DNA of 14,304 nt from a virus (IMGVR_UViG_2681813271_000007), one strand, 5' to 3'; positions 1 to 7,770 are shown, counted from the first letter of the stretch. A program made the numbers and translations. Notes: generated by a model from the letters alone, not told the origin.

Positions 1-90
1 CTCAGCAAATGATACATTGCCATGAGATAAATCATTACGATGTTGTTTAACAGTGGCTAATTTTTCACCATGTTTAGTGTGAGTGTTCAT
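1..90 (-). CDS. hypothetical small protein, 5' part only (continues beyond left edge); fourth gene of cargo cassette
   Basis: ATG at 90..88 on minus strand, in-frame stop one codon upstream; hand translation MNTHTKHGEKLATVKQHRNDLSHGNVSFAE open to window edge; overlaps end of upstream gene by 17 nt; AT-rich like neighbours; no clear SD. Confidence 0.35.
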   Translation of the reverse strand, partial: MNTHTKHGEKLATVKQHRNDLSHGNVSFAE

Positions 91-397
91 TTTTTAATCT
101 TTTTAATATTTCTGACCTGAGATTTTTCCTGAGTTTGTCAAATTCTACGTTTCTATCATAAATAGTCTCATGAATAAGGCAGATAGCTTCTCTCATTGTT
201 GATTCAATGAGGTTATATAACAGTATATATACTGCTCCCTTTAGAGTTTTTCGTGATTGAGCAGTAATGGAGAACTTATGTTCTTTATCATCAGCTGATA
301 TCAGTTCTGCACCGGCATACTCAATAAATTTCAAAAGATCCAAATAGGCCAAGATCTCTCCTGACCTTTCGTCAAAATCCTCACGAAAACGATCCAT
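74..397 (-). CDS. hypothetical protein (107 aa), third gene of cargo cassette
   Basis: ORF in track; strong SD (AGAGGA) 6-7 nt upstream of ATG embedded in end of upstream gene; stop-1nt-start junction (TAACATG) suggests translational coupling; AT-rich; no domain recognised. Confidence 0.6.
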   Translation of the reverse strand: MDRFREDFDERSGEILAYLDLLKFIEYAGAELISADDKEHKFSITAQSRKTLKGAVYILLYNLIESTMREAICLIHETIYDRNVEFDKLRKNLRSEILKRLKNEHSH

Positions 398-398
398 G

Positions 399-722
399 TT
401 AATCCTCTAATAATTTATCCCGAACATATTCAATTCGTTCAATTACCTTCACGCGACTATTAGCTCCGTCGGAAGTGGTCAATCGTTTGAATTCTTCTGA
501 GCTTAGCCAATCTAAGTTCTTGGGAACAAGGTCAGGGACTTCACGTAATGCAAGTGCTGCGCCAACAGCGAGAGATTCGAATCTAACTCGAGGTGTAGAT
601 TTTGCAGTAATAGTTTTCTTGAATCCTGCTGGGAAATAGTTTTCAACAAAAGATAGAACATTAGCAAACTCTTGTTTCATTGAGTTTTGTTTAGTTTCGT
701 CTATATCTCGATTTTCTGACAT
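399..722 (-). CDS. hypothetical protein (107 aa), possibly the C-terminal continuation of the DUF262 protein
   Basis: ORF in track; weak/no SD; its frame stays open upstream of the ATG all the way into the N run at 755..793 (..HSVRDFLNDY-M..). Confidence 0.5.
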   Translation of the reverse strand: MSENRDIDETKQNSMKQEFANVLSFVENYFPAGFKKTITAKSTPRVRFESLAVGAALALREVPDLVPKNLDWLSSEEFKRLTTSDGANSRVKVIERIEYVRDKLLED

Positions 723-726
723 ATAG

Positions 727-1587
727 TCATTTAGAAAATCCCGTACGGAATGATNNNNNNNNNNNNNNNNNNNNNNNNNNNNNNNNNNNNNNNTTGTACT
801 TATCTACGTAGGCAAAGAATCTTAATGTAAATTCTAACCGTTCATCTCGTTTTTCTTTAGTCTGAGATAAAGGTGCTAATTCTTTAAATTTAGGTATTGT
901 TGAGCATGGCTTAATAACCTGTGTATATAAATTTGTTGAACCAAGTTCTGATCCNNNNNNNNNNNNNNNNNNNNNNNNNNNNNNNNNNNNNNNNNNNNNN
1001 NNGCCAGAGTTAATACGCTCAAAAAGATCTCTACGGGTTTCTTCATTGCATTTAGAACTCAATTCTATAACGCGGACAGGAATTCTCATGAAACGACGTT
1101 GACGTGATAATGGTAAATCTTGGAATTTGAAACCATTAAGGACGTCTAAAGATTTCAGGTCTTGTAAAACTAATTCATTTTGGATAAAAGCGTGTATAGT
1201 CCTAACTCGTTGTGAGCCATCAACAATCTCAATTCGCCCATCTAAATCGGGATCTTCGGAGAGAACATCTGCTATAAATATATATGGTATAGGAAAACCC
1301 AAAATCAAAGACTCTATCAATTTTGATTGTCTTTTTTCACTCCAAACAAAATCCCTTTGATAATCAGGAACAAAGAGTTCGTTAGTATCATCCTCTAATC
1401 CGTTATGATACTTATTAACTAATAACTCAACGGTAAATTCTTTGGTCTCAAAATCCACATCCTTTTGCTCAGCACGAATTTGCTCTTCAGCGTTTTGCTT
1501 TATCACCTCTAGCTGAGCAAGCAACTCTGCTCTTTTCTTGGCATTATCTTCATTTTCTAGTTGAGATTTTAAATCAATAATGTCCAT
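727..1587 (-). CDS. DUF262 / ParB-like domain protein (GmrS-like N-terminal domain family), interrupted by two N runs
   Basis: Translation contains VPDYQRDFVW ... LILGFPIPYIFI ... IEIVDGSQRVRTIHAF ... FERINSG, matching the hallmark YQR..W and DGQQR-type motifs of DUF262; preceded by ~45 aa charged coiled-coil-like N-terminus; first ATG at 1587 with AAGGGAA SD 8 nt upstream (track ORF extends to TTG at 1605). Confidence 0.7.
   Translation of the reverse strand: MDIIDLKSQLENEDNAKKRAELLAQLEVIKQNAEEQIRAEQKDVDFETKEFTVELLVNKYHNGLEDDTNELFVPDYQRDFVWSEKRQSKLIESLILGFPIPYIFIADVLSEDPDLDGRIEIVDGSQRVRTIHAFIQNELVLQDLKSLDVLNGFKFQDLPLSRQRRFMRIPVRVIELSSKCNEETRRDLFERINSGXXXXXXXXXXXXXXXXGSELGSTNLYTQVIKPCSTIPKFKELAPLSQTKEKRDERLEFTLRFFAYVDKYXXXXXXXXXXXXXXSFRTGFSK
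755..793. other. run of 39 N (masked or unsequenced bases) inside DUF262 gene
   Basis: seen directly in sequence. Confidence 1.
955..1002. other. run of 48 N (masked or unsequenced bases) inside DUF262 gene
   Basis: seen directly in sequence. Confidence 1.
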
Positions 1588-1605
1588 GTCTAGTTCCCTT
1601 AACAA

Positions 1606-1772
1606 GTGTTAAAAATTGAAGCGGATAGCATACCGCATAGATCATGAAAAATGCCATCATGTGCATGGATTTGCATGCGTCAGAAGTCGCTTTTATTGTT
1701 AGTTATCACTAGCGCTGGCGTGCTCTTGGAGTGTTCATGCAACTGCATTAAAACCGCCCCATGAAGCGGGCG
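1606..1772 (-). promoter_or_regulatory. putative promoter/operator region of the cargo operon
   Basis: Non-coding gap between cos and first cargo gene; contains direct repeat TGCATG..TGCATG (1662..1677) and several CATG motifs; no convincing sigma70 -35/-10 pair found by eye. Confidence 0.25.
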
Positions 1773-1791
1773 GGCGAGGCGGGGAAAGCAC
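1773..1791. other. cos: P2-type cos site (19-nt cohesive end)
   Basis: Sequence GGCGAGGCGGGGAAAGCAC matches my recollection of the P2 cohesive end; lies just beyond the 3' end of portal gene Q as in P2. Confidence 0.6.
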
Positions 1792-1931
1792 TGCGCGCTG
1801 GCGGTGGTGCTGATTTTATTTTCCAGCGTCTCAGCGCGTCGTGACGGCGCTTAGTCTGCCCGTTGGGCGTTGGTGTGTCTGCGGGATTTTTTGTGCGGTG
1901 ATGAGCGTGTGAGGGCGTGATGGCGGGGTGT

Positions 1932-1953
1932 AAAAAAGCCGCCCGCAGGCGGC
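1932..1953 (-). terminator. rho-independent terminator downstream of Q
   Basis: GCCGCC-cgca-GGCGGC hairpin (1938..1953) followed on the minus strand by TTTTTT (1932..1937), 5 nt after the Q stop codon. Confidence 0.6.
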
Positions 1954-1958
1954 GATGT

Positions 1959-2993
1959 TCAGCCGTTGTCAGTGTCCAGTGAGTAGTTTTTAAAGCGGAT
2001 GACCTCCTGACCGAGCCAGCCGTTTATCTCGCGGATCCTGTCCTGTAACGGGATAAGCTCATTGCGGACAAAGACCTTTGCCACTTTCTCAATATCACCC
2101 AGCGACCCGACGTTCTCCGGCTTGCCCCCCATCAACTGAAAGGGGATGCGGTGCGCGTCCAGCAGGTCAGCGGCGCTGGCTTTTTTGATATTAAAAAAAT
2201 CGTCCTTCGTTGCCACTTCACTGAGCGGGATAATTTTAATGCCGTCGGCTTTCCCCTGTGGGGCATAGAGAAACAGATTTTTAAAGTTATTGCGGCCTTT
2301 CGACTTAACCATGTTTTCGCGAAGCATTTCGATATCGTTGCGATCCTGCACGGCATCGGTGACGTACATGATGTATCCGGCATGTGCGCCGTTTTCGTAA
2401 TACTTGCGGCGGAACAGCGTGGCCGACTCATTCAGCCATGCAGAGTTAAGGGCGCTGAGATATTCCGGCAGGCCGTACAGCTCCTGATTAATATCAGGCT
2501 CCAGCAGGTGAAACACGGAGCCGGGCGCGAAGGCTGTCGGCTCGTTGAAGGACGGCACCCACCAGTAAACATCCTCCTCCACGCCACGACGGGTATATTT
2601 GGCCGGTGAGGTTTCCAGTCTGATGACCTTACCGGTGGTGCTGTAACGCTTTTCCAGAAACGCATTACCGAACACCAGAAAATCCAGCACAAAACGGCTG
2701 AAATCCTGCTGGGAAAGCCACGGGTGCGGGATAAACGTTGAAGCCAGAATATTACGTTTGACGTAAATCGGTGAGCTGTGATGCACGGCAGCACGCAGGC
2801 TTTTTGCCAGACCGGTAAAGCTGACCGGCGGCTCATACCATCTGCCGTTACTGATGCACTCGACGTAATCCAGAATGTCACGGCGGTCGAGTACCGGCAC
2901 CGGCTCACCAAAGGTGAATGCTTCCATTTTCGGGGCGCTGGCGGTGATTGTTTTTGCCGCAGGTCGCGGTGTTTTCCCTTTTTTCTTGCTCAT
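1959..2993 (-). CDS. Q: portal (capsid portal) protein, P2 gpQ
   Basis: 344 aa, N-terminus MSKKKGKTPRPAAK.., size and position match P2 Q; start overlaps P stop (TGATG). Confidence 0.93.
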   Translation of the reverse strand: MSKKKGKTPRPAAKTITASAPKMEAFTFGEPVPVLDRRDILDYVECISNGRWYEPPVSFTGLAKSLRAAVHHSSPIYVKRNILASTFIPHPWLSQQDFSRFVLDFLVFGNAFLEKRYSTTGKVIRLETSPAKYTRRGVEEDVYWWVPSFNEPTAFAPGSVFHLLEPDINQELYGLPEYLSALNSAWLNESATLFRRKYYENGAHAGYIMYVTDAVQDRNDIEMLRENMVKSKGRNNFKNLFLYAPQGKADGIKIIPLSEVATKDDFFNIKKASAADLLDAHRIPFQLMGGKPENVGSLGDIEKVAKVFVRNELIPLQDRIREINGWLGQEVIRFKNYSLDTDNG

Positions 2994-4765
2994 CAGTAAA
3001 ACTCCAGAATGGTGGATGTCAGCGGAGTGCTGATACCGGCGGTGAGTGGCTCATTTAACAGGGCGTGCATGGTTGCCCAGGCGAGGTCGGCGTGGCTGGC
3101 TTCCTCGCTGCGGCTGGCCTCATAGGTGGCACTGCGTCCGCTGCTGGTCATGGTCTTGCGGATAGCCATGAACGAGCTGGTGATGTCGGTGGCGCTGACG
3201 TCATATTCCAGACAGCCACGGCGGATGACGTCTTTGGCCTTGAGCACCATTGCGGTTTTCATTTCCGGCGTGTAGCGGATATCGCGCGCGGCGGGATAGA
3301 ACGAGCGCACGAGCTGGAACACGCCGACACCGAGGCCGGTGGCATCAATACCGATGTATTCGACGTTGTATTTTTCGGTGAGTTTGCGGATGGACTCCGC
3401 CTGGGTGGCAAAGTCCATGCCTTTCCACTGGTGACGCTCAAGTATTCTGAATTTGCCACCGGCCACCACCGGCGGTGCCAGCACCACGCATCCGGCGCTG
3501 TCGCCACGGTGTGACGGGTCGTAACCAATCCATACCGGGCGGGAGCCGAACGGATTTGCGGCAAACGGCGCGTAGTCTTCCCATTCTTCCAGCGTGTCGA
3601 CCATGCAGCGTTGCAGCTCCTCGAACGGGAACACCGATACCTTGTCGTCAACAAATTCACACATGAACAGGTTTTTAAAATCGTCGGCGCTGTTTTCGCG
3701 TTTGAGCTGCTCAATGTCGAACAATGTGCAGCCGCCTTTCAGGGCGTCCTCAATGGTGACAATCTGCCGCCACTGGCCGTCCGCACAGAGAAGACCACCG
3801 GCAAGGGCGTTATGACTGACGTCGATTTCCACACGTTCGGCGGCGCTGGCGCGTCCCCGGTTGAACAGTTCACCCGACCAGAACGGGTAGGCGTCGTGCG
3901 CCAGCGTGGACGGGGTGGAGAAATAGGTCGAGCGCAGGTGACTCTGTGAGGCCATACCTGATGCCACCTTACGCAGTACCTGAAAATTCGGGATCCAGAA
4001 AATCTCGTCGACGTACAGGTCGCCGTTATGGCTCTGTGCGGTGTTGGAGTTGGTGCCGAGAAAAATCAGTTTTGCGCCGTTATTGCCCAGGACAATCGGG
4101 TCACCGGTCAGGTCAACGTCAACCAGACGAGCAAAGGCGATGATGTATTCACGGAACACATACGCCTGCGTTTTACTGGCCGACAGAAAAATCTGGTTAT
4201 GGCCGGTTTTCAGGGCGCGCAGCAGCGCCTCGCGGGAAAAATAAAACGTCGCGCCAATCTGGCGGGATTTCAGGATATCGCGGATGCGGTGCTCAAGCCC
4301 GGCACGATACCAGTGCAACTGATAGTCGAAAGACTGCTCAAAGAAAATCTGCTCCAGCTTTTCGATGGCCTCGTCACTGAAAAAATTCTTTTTCGGTTTG
4401 CGACGCCCGCCTTTGTTGCGGTTAGCGATGTTCGGATTAAGGTCTGCCTCGTTGCCGGTCTGGCTGTAGCGGTTTACCCGTGCCAGTCGTTCAATCTGGC
4501 GTCCGAGCAGGTCAATTTCCTTGAAGTCACCGCCGGTTTTCTGCGGTTTGATGATGAGCTGGGTCAGCCGCGCTTCCAGACTCATTTCGACACGGCTGAT
4601 GGGGGCAACACTGTCCCAGCCGTCGCGCTGTTTCCAGCTCTGCACCGTCGGGCGTTTCATCTGCAACATGGCGGCAATCTGCGGCACGGAAAACCCCTGC
4701 CAGTACAGCAGCGCCGCCTGACGACGCGGGTCGTGTAAAAGAGTGGTGTCTGTGGTGATGGTCAT
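2993..4765 (-). CDS. P: terminase large (ATPase) subunit, P2 gpP
   Basis: 590 aa from ATG at 4765 (MTITTDTTLL..) with GAGG SD; track ORF extends 10 codons further upstream; size/order match P2 P. Confidence 0.93.
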   Translation of the reverse strand: MTITTDTTLLHDPRRQAALLYWQGFSVPQIAAMLQMKRPTVQSWKQRDGWDSVAPISRVEMSLEARLTQLIIKPQKTGGDFKEIDLLGRQIERLARVNRYSQTGNEADLNPNIANRNKGGRRKPKKNFFSDEAIEKLEQIFFEQSFDYQLHWYRAGLEHRIRDILKSRQIGATFYFSREALLRALKTGHNQIFLSASKTQAYVFREYIIAFARLVDVDLTGDPIVLGNNGAKLIFLGTNSNTAQSHNGDLYVDEIFWIPNFQVLRKVASGMASQSHLRSTYFSTPSTLAHDAYPFWSGELFNRGRASAAERVEIDVSHNALAGGLLCADGQWRQIVTIEDALKGGCTLFDIEQLKRENSADDFKNLFMCEFVDDKVSVFPFEELQRCMVDTLEEWEDYAPFAANPFGSRPVWIGYDPSHRGDSAGCVVLAPPVVAGGKFRILERHQWKGMDFATQAESIRKLTEKYNVEYIGIDATGLGVGVFQLVRSFYPAARDIRYTPEMKTAMVLKAKDVIRRGCLEYDVSATDITSSFMAIRKTMTSSGRSATYEASRSEEASHADLAWATMHALLNEPLTAGISTPLTSTILEFY

Positions 4766-4938
4766 GAATACCTCGCCGTGATGAATACACGGCAAGGCTA
4801 CTGAGTCGCGCCCCGCGATTCGCTAATGTGCTGTTGTGTCAGTGATAAACCATCCGGGACTGATGGCGGAGGATGCGCATCGTCGGGAAACTGATGCCGA
4901 CATGTGACTCCTCTAATCACTATTCAGGACTCCTGACA
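4766..4938. promoter_or_regulatory. divergent late promoter region between P and O
   Basis: Intergenic region between divergently transcribed P and O, the position of the Ogr-dependent late promoters in P2; contains partial dyad TGTGA-N9-TCACT near 4905..4925; motif match imperfect. Confidence 0.4.
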
Positions 4939-5793
4939 ATGGCAAAAAAAGTCTCAAAATTCTTTCGTATCGGCGTTGAGGGTGACACCTGTGACGGGCG
5001 TGTCATCAGTGCGCAGGATATTCAGGAAATGGCCGAAACCTTTGACCCGCGTGTCTATGGTTGCCGCATTAACCTGGAACATCTGCGCGGCATCCTGCCT
5101 GACGGTATTTTTAAGCGTTATGGCGATGTGGCCGAACTGAAGGCCGAAAAGATTGACGATGATTCGGCGCTGAAAGGCAAATGGGCGCTGTTTGCGAAAA
5201 TCACCCCGACCGATGACCTTATCGCGATGAACAAGGCCGCGCAGAAGGTCTACACCTCAATGGAAATTCAGCCGAACTTTGCCAACACCGGCAAATGTTA
5301 TCTGGTGGGTCTGGCCGTCACCGATGACCCGGCAAGCCTCGGCACGGAATACCTGGAATTCTGCCGCACGGCAAAACACAACCCCCTGAACCGCTTCAAA
5401 TTAAGCCCTGAAAACCTGATTTCAGTGGCAACGCCTGTTGAGCTGGAATTTGAAGACCTGCCTGAAACCGTGTTCACCGCCCTGACCGAAAAGGTGAAAT
5501 CCATTTTTGGCCGCAAACAGGCCAGCGATGATGCCCGTCTGAATGACGTGCATGAAGCGGTGACCGCTGTTGCTGAACATGTGCAGGAAAAACTGAGCGC
5601 CACTGAGCAGCGCCTCGCTGAGATGGAAACCGCCTTTTCTGCACTTAAGCAGGAGGTGACTGACAGGGCGGATGAAACCAGCCAGGCATTCACCCGCCTG
5701 AAAAACAGTCTCGACCACACCGAAAGTCTGACCCAGCAGCGCCGCAGCAAGGCCACCGGTGGTGGCGGTGACGCCCTGATGACGAACTGCTGA
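4939..5793 (+). CDS. O: capsid scaffolding protein, P2 gpO
   Basis: 284 aa from ATG 4939 (MAKKVSKFFRIGVEGD..) with AGGA SD; size/order match P2 O. Confidence 0.92.
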   Translation: MAKKVSKFFRIGVEGDTCDGRVISAQDIQEMAETFDPRVYGCRINLEHLRGILPDGIFKRYGDVAELKAEKIDDDSALKGKWALFAKITPTDDLIAMNKAAQKVYTSMEIQPNFANTGKCYLVGLAVTDDPASLGTEYLEFCRTAKHNPLNRFKLSPENLISVATPVELEFEDLPETVFTALTEKVKSIFGRKQASDDARLNDVHEAVTAVAEHVQEKLSATEQRLAEMETAFSALKQEVTDRADETSQAFTRLKNSLDHTESLTQQRRSKATGGGGDALMTNC

Positions 5794-5851
5794 CCGGCGT
5801 CAGTCAGTCCGGGAAAACCTTCACGATTAACCCTTAATTTCAGGAAAAACT

Positions 5852-6924
5852 ATGCGCCAGGAAACCCGCTTTAAATTTAATGCTTACCTGTCCCGTGTTG
5901 CCGAGCTGAACGGCATCGACGCCGGTGATGTGTCGAAAAAATTCACCGTTGAACCGTCGGTCACCCAGACCCTGATGAACACCATGCAGGAGTCCTCTGA
6001 CTTTCTGACCCGCATCAACATTGTGCCGGTCAGTGAAATGAAAGGGGAAAAAATTGGCATCGGTGTCACCGGCTCCATCGCCAGCACCACCGACACCGCC
6101 GGTGGCACCGAGCGTCAGCCGAAGGACTTCTCGAAGCTGGCGTCAAACAAGTACGAATGCGACCAGGTTAACTTCGATTTTTATATCCGCTACAAAACGC
6201 TTGACCTGTGGGCGCGTTATCAGGATTTCCAGCTCCGTATCCGTAACGCCATTATCAAACGCCAGTCCCTTGATTTCATCATGGCCGGTTTTAACGGCGT
6301 GAAGCGTGCCGAAACCTCTGACCGCAACAGTAATCCGATGCTGCAGGATGTGGCGGTCGGCTGGCTGCAGAAATACCGAATGAAGCCCCGGCGCGCGTGA
6401 TGAGCAAGGTCACTGACGAGGAAGGCCGCACCACCTCTGAGGTTATCCGCGTGGGTAAGGGCGGTGATTATGTAAGCCTCGATGCACTGGTGATGGATGC
6501 GACCAACAACCTGATTGAACCTTGGTATCAGGAAGACCCTGACCTTGTGGTGATTGTGGGGCGTCAGCTACTGGCGGACAAGTATTTCCCTATCGTCAAC
6601 AAGGAGCAGGATAACAGCGAGATGCTGGCCGCTGACGTCATCATCAGCCAGAAACGCATCGGTAACCTGCCGGCGGTACGCGTCCCGTACTTCCCGGCGG
6701 ATGCGATGCTCATCACGAAGCTGGAAAACCTGTCCATCTACTACATGGATGACAGCCATCGCCGCGTGATTGTGGAAAACCCGAAACTCGACCGCGTGGA
6801 GAACTACGAGTCAATGAACATTGATTACGTGGTGGAGGACTACGCCGCCGGTTGTCTGGTGGAAAAAATTAAGGTCGGTGATTTCTCCACACCGGCTAAA
6901 GCGACCGCAGAGCCGGGAGCGTAA
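5852..6924 (+). pseudogene. N: major capsid protein P2 gpN, disrupted by a -1 frameshift near 6378..6381 (fragments 5852..6400 and 6397..6924)
   Basis: Two adjacent ORFs of 182 and 175 aa in different frames, overlapping by 4 nt; together 357 aa, the expected size of P2 N; upstream frame ends ..GWLQKYR then MKPRRA-stop, downstream frame reads NEAPARVMSKVTDE.. Confidence 0.75.
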
Positions 6925-6927
6925 CCG

Positions 6928-7671
6928 ATGACGAGTCCCGCACAGCGCCACATGATGCGGGTCTCGGCAGCGATGACCGCGCAGCGGGAAGCCGCCCCGC
7001 TGCGACATGCAACTGTCTATGAGCAGATGCTGGTCAAGCTGGCCGCAGACCAGCGCACACTGAAAGCGATTTATTCAAAAGAGCTGAAGGCCGCGAAAAA
7101 ACGCGAACTGCTGCCGTTCTGGTTGCCGTGGGTGAACGGCGTGCTGGAGCAGGGCAAAGGTGCACAGGATGACATTCTGATGACGGTCATGCTGTGGCGT
7201 CTGGATACCGGCGATATTGCCGGTGCGCTGGAGATTGCCCGTTATGCCCTGAAGTACGGTCTGACCATGCCGGGTAAACACCGCCGCACCCCGCCGTACA
7301 TGTTCACCGAGGAGGTGGCGCTTGCGGCCATGCGCGCTCACGCTGCCGGTGAGTCTGTGGATCCCCGCCTGCTGACGGACACCCTCGAACTGACCGCCAC
7401 GGCTGACATGCCTGATGAAGTGCGCGCAAAGCTGCACAAAATCACCGGTCTGTTTCTGCGTGACGCTGGTGATGCCGCAGGTGCGCTGGTACACCTGCAA
7501 CGTGCGACACAGCTCGACTGTCAGGCAGGCGTCAAAAAAGAGATTGAACGACTGGAGCGGGAGCTGAAACCGAAGCCGGAGCCGCAGCCCAAAGCGGCCA
7601 CCCGCACTCCGCGTAAGACCCGGAGCGTGACACCGGCAAAACGTGGACGCCCGAAAAAGAAAGCCAGTTAA
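6928..7671 (+). CDS. M: terminase small (endonuclease) subunit, P2 gpM
   Basis: 247 aa, GGGAG SD; basic KPKPEPQPK..RGRPKKK C-terminus; size/order match P2 M. Confidence 0.92.
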   Translation: MTSPAQRHMMRVSAAMTAQREAAPLRHATVYEQMLVKLAADQRTLKAIYSKELKAAKKRELLPFWLPWVNGVLEQGKGAQDDILMTVMLWRLDTGDIAGALEIARYALKYGLTMPGKHRRTPPYMFTEEVALAAMRAHAAGESVDPRLLTDTLELTATADMPDEVRAKLHKITGLFLRDAGDAAGALVHLQRATQLDCQAGVKKEIERLERELKPKPEPQPKAATRTPRKTRSVTPAKRGRPKKKAS

Positions 7672-7770
7672 CAACCGAATGCGCCCCGCGCCAGGGCGGC
7701 ACGCCGGTCAGTGACGGTGAATCACCTGACACTGCACCGGCGTCCACCGCCCGACTTTTCAGAGGTAGTC

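Noticed and set aside
1127-1360. 77-aa plus-strand ORF inside the cargo region
   Set aside because: Antisense to the DUF262 gene, no RBS, low-complexity translation; likely spurious, though it cannot be fully excluded as a small antisense gene.
2151-2911. Several 99-159-aa ORFs on both strands inside the portal gene
   Set aside because: All overlap Q, whose 344-aa product is full length and matches P2; alternative frames in GC-rich sequence.
4028-4738. 236-aa plus-strand ORF
   Set aside because: Lies entirely antisense to the well-supported terminase gene P in GC-rich DNA; long spurious antisense ORFs are expected there.
6370-6400. Programmed ribosomal frameshift in the capsid gene
   Set aside because: No slippery heptamer or downstream structure evident, and P2-type capsid genes are not known to use frameshifting; a mutation or sequencing error is more parsimonious.
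7075-7674. 199-aa minus-strand ORF
   Set aside because: Antisense to terminase small subunit gene M; no RBS or independent support.
7672-7770. Possible weak hairpins in the M-L intergenic region
   Set aside because: Only 4-bp stems and no T-tract; not convincing as a terminator or regulatory structure.
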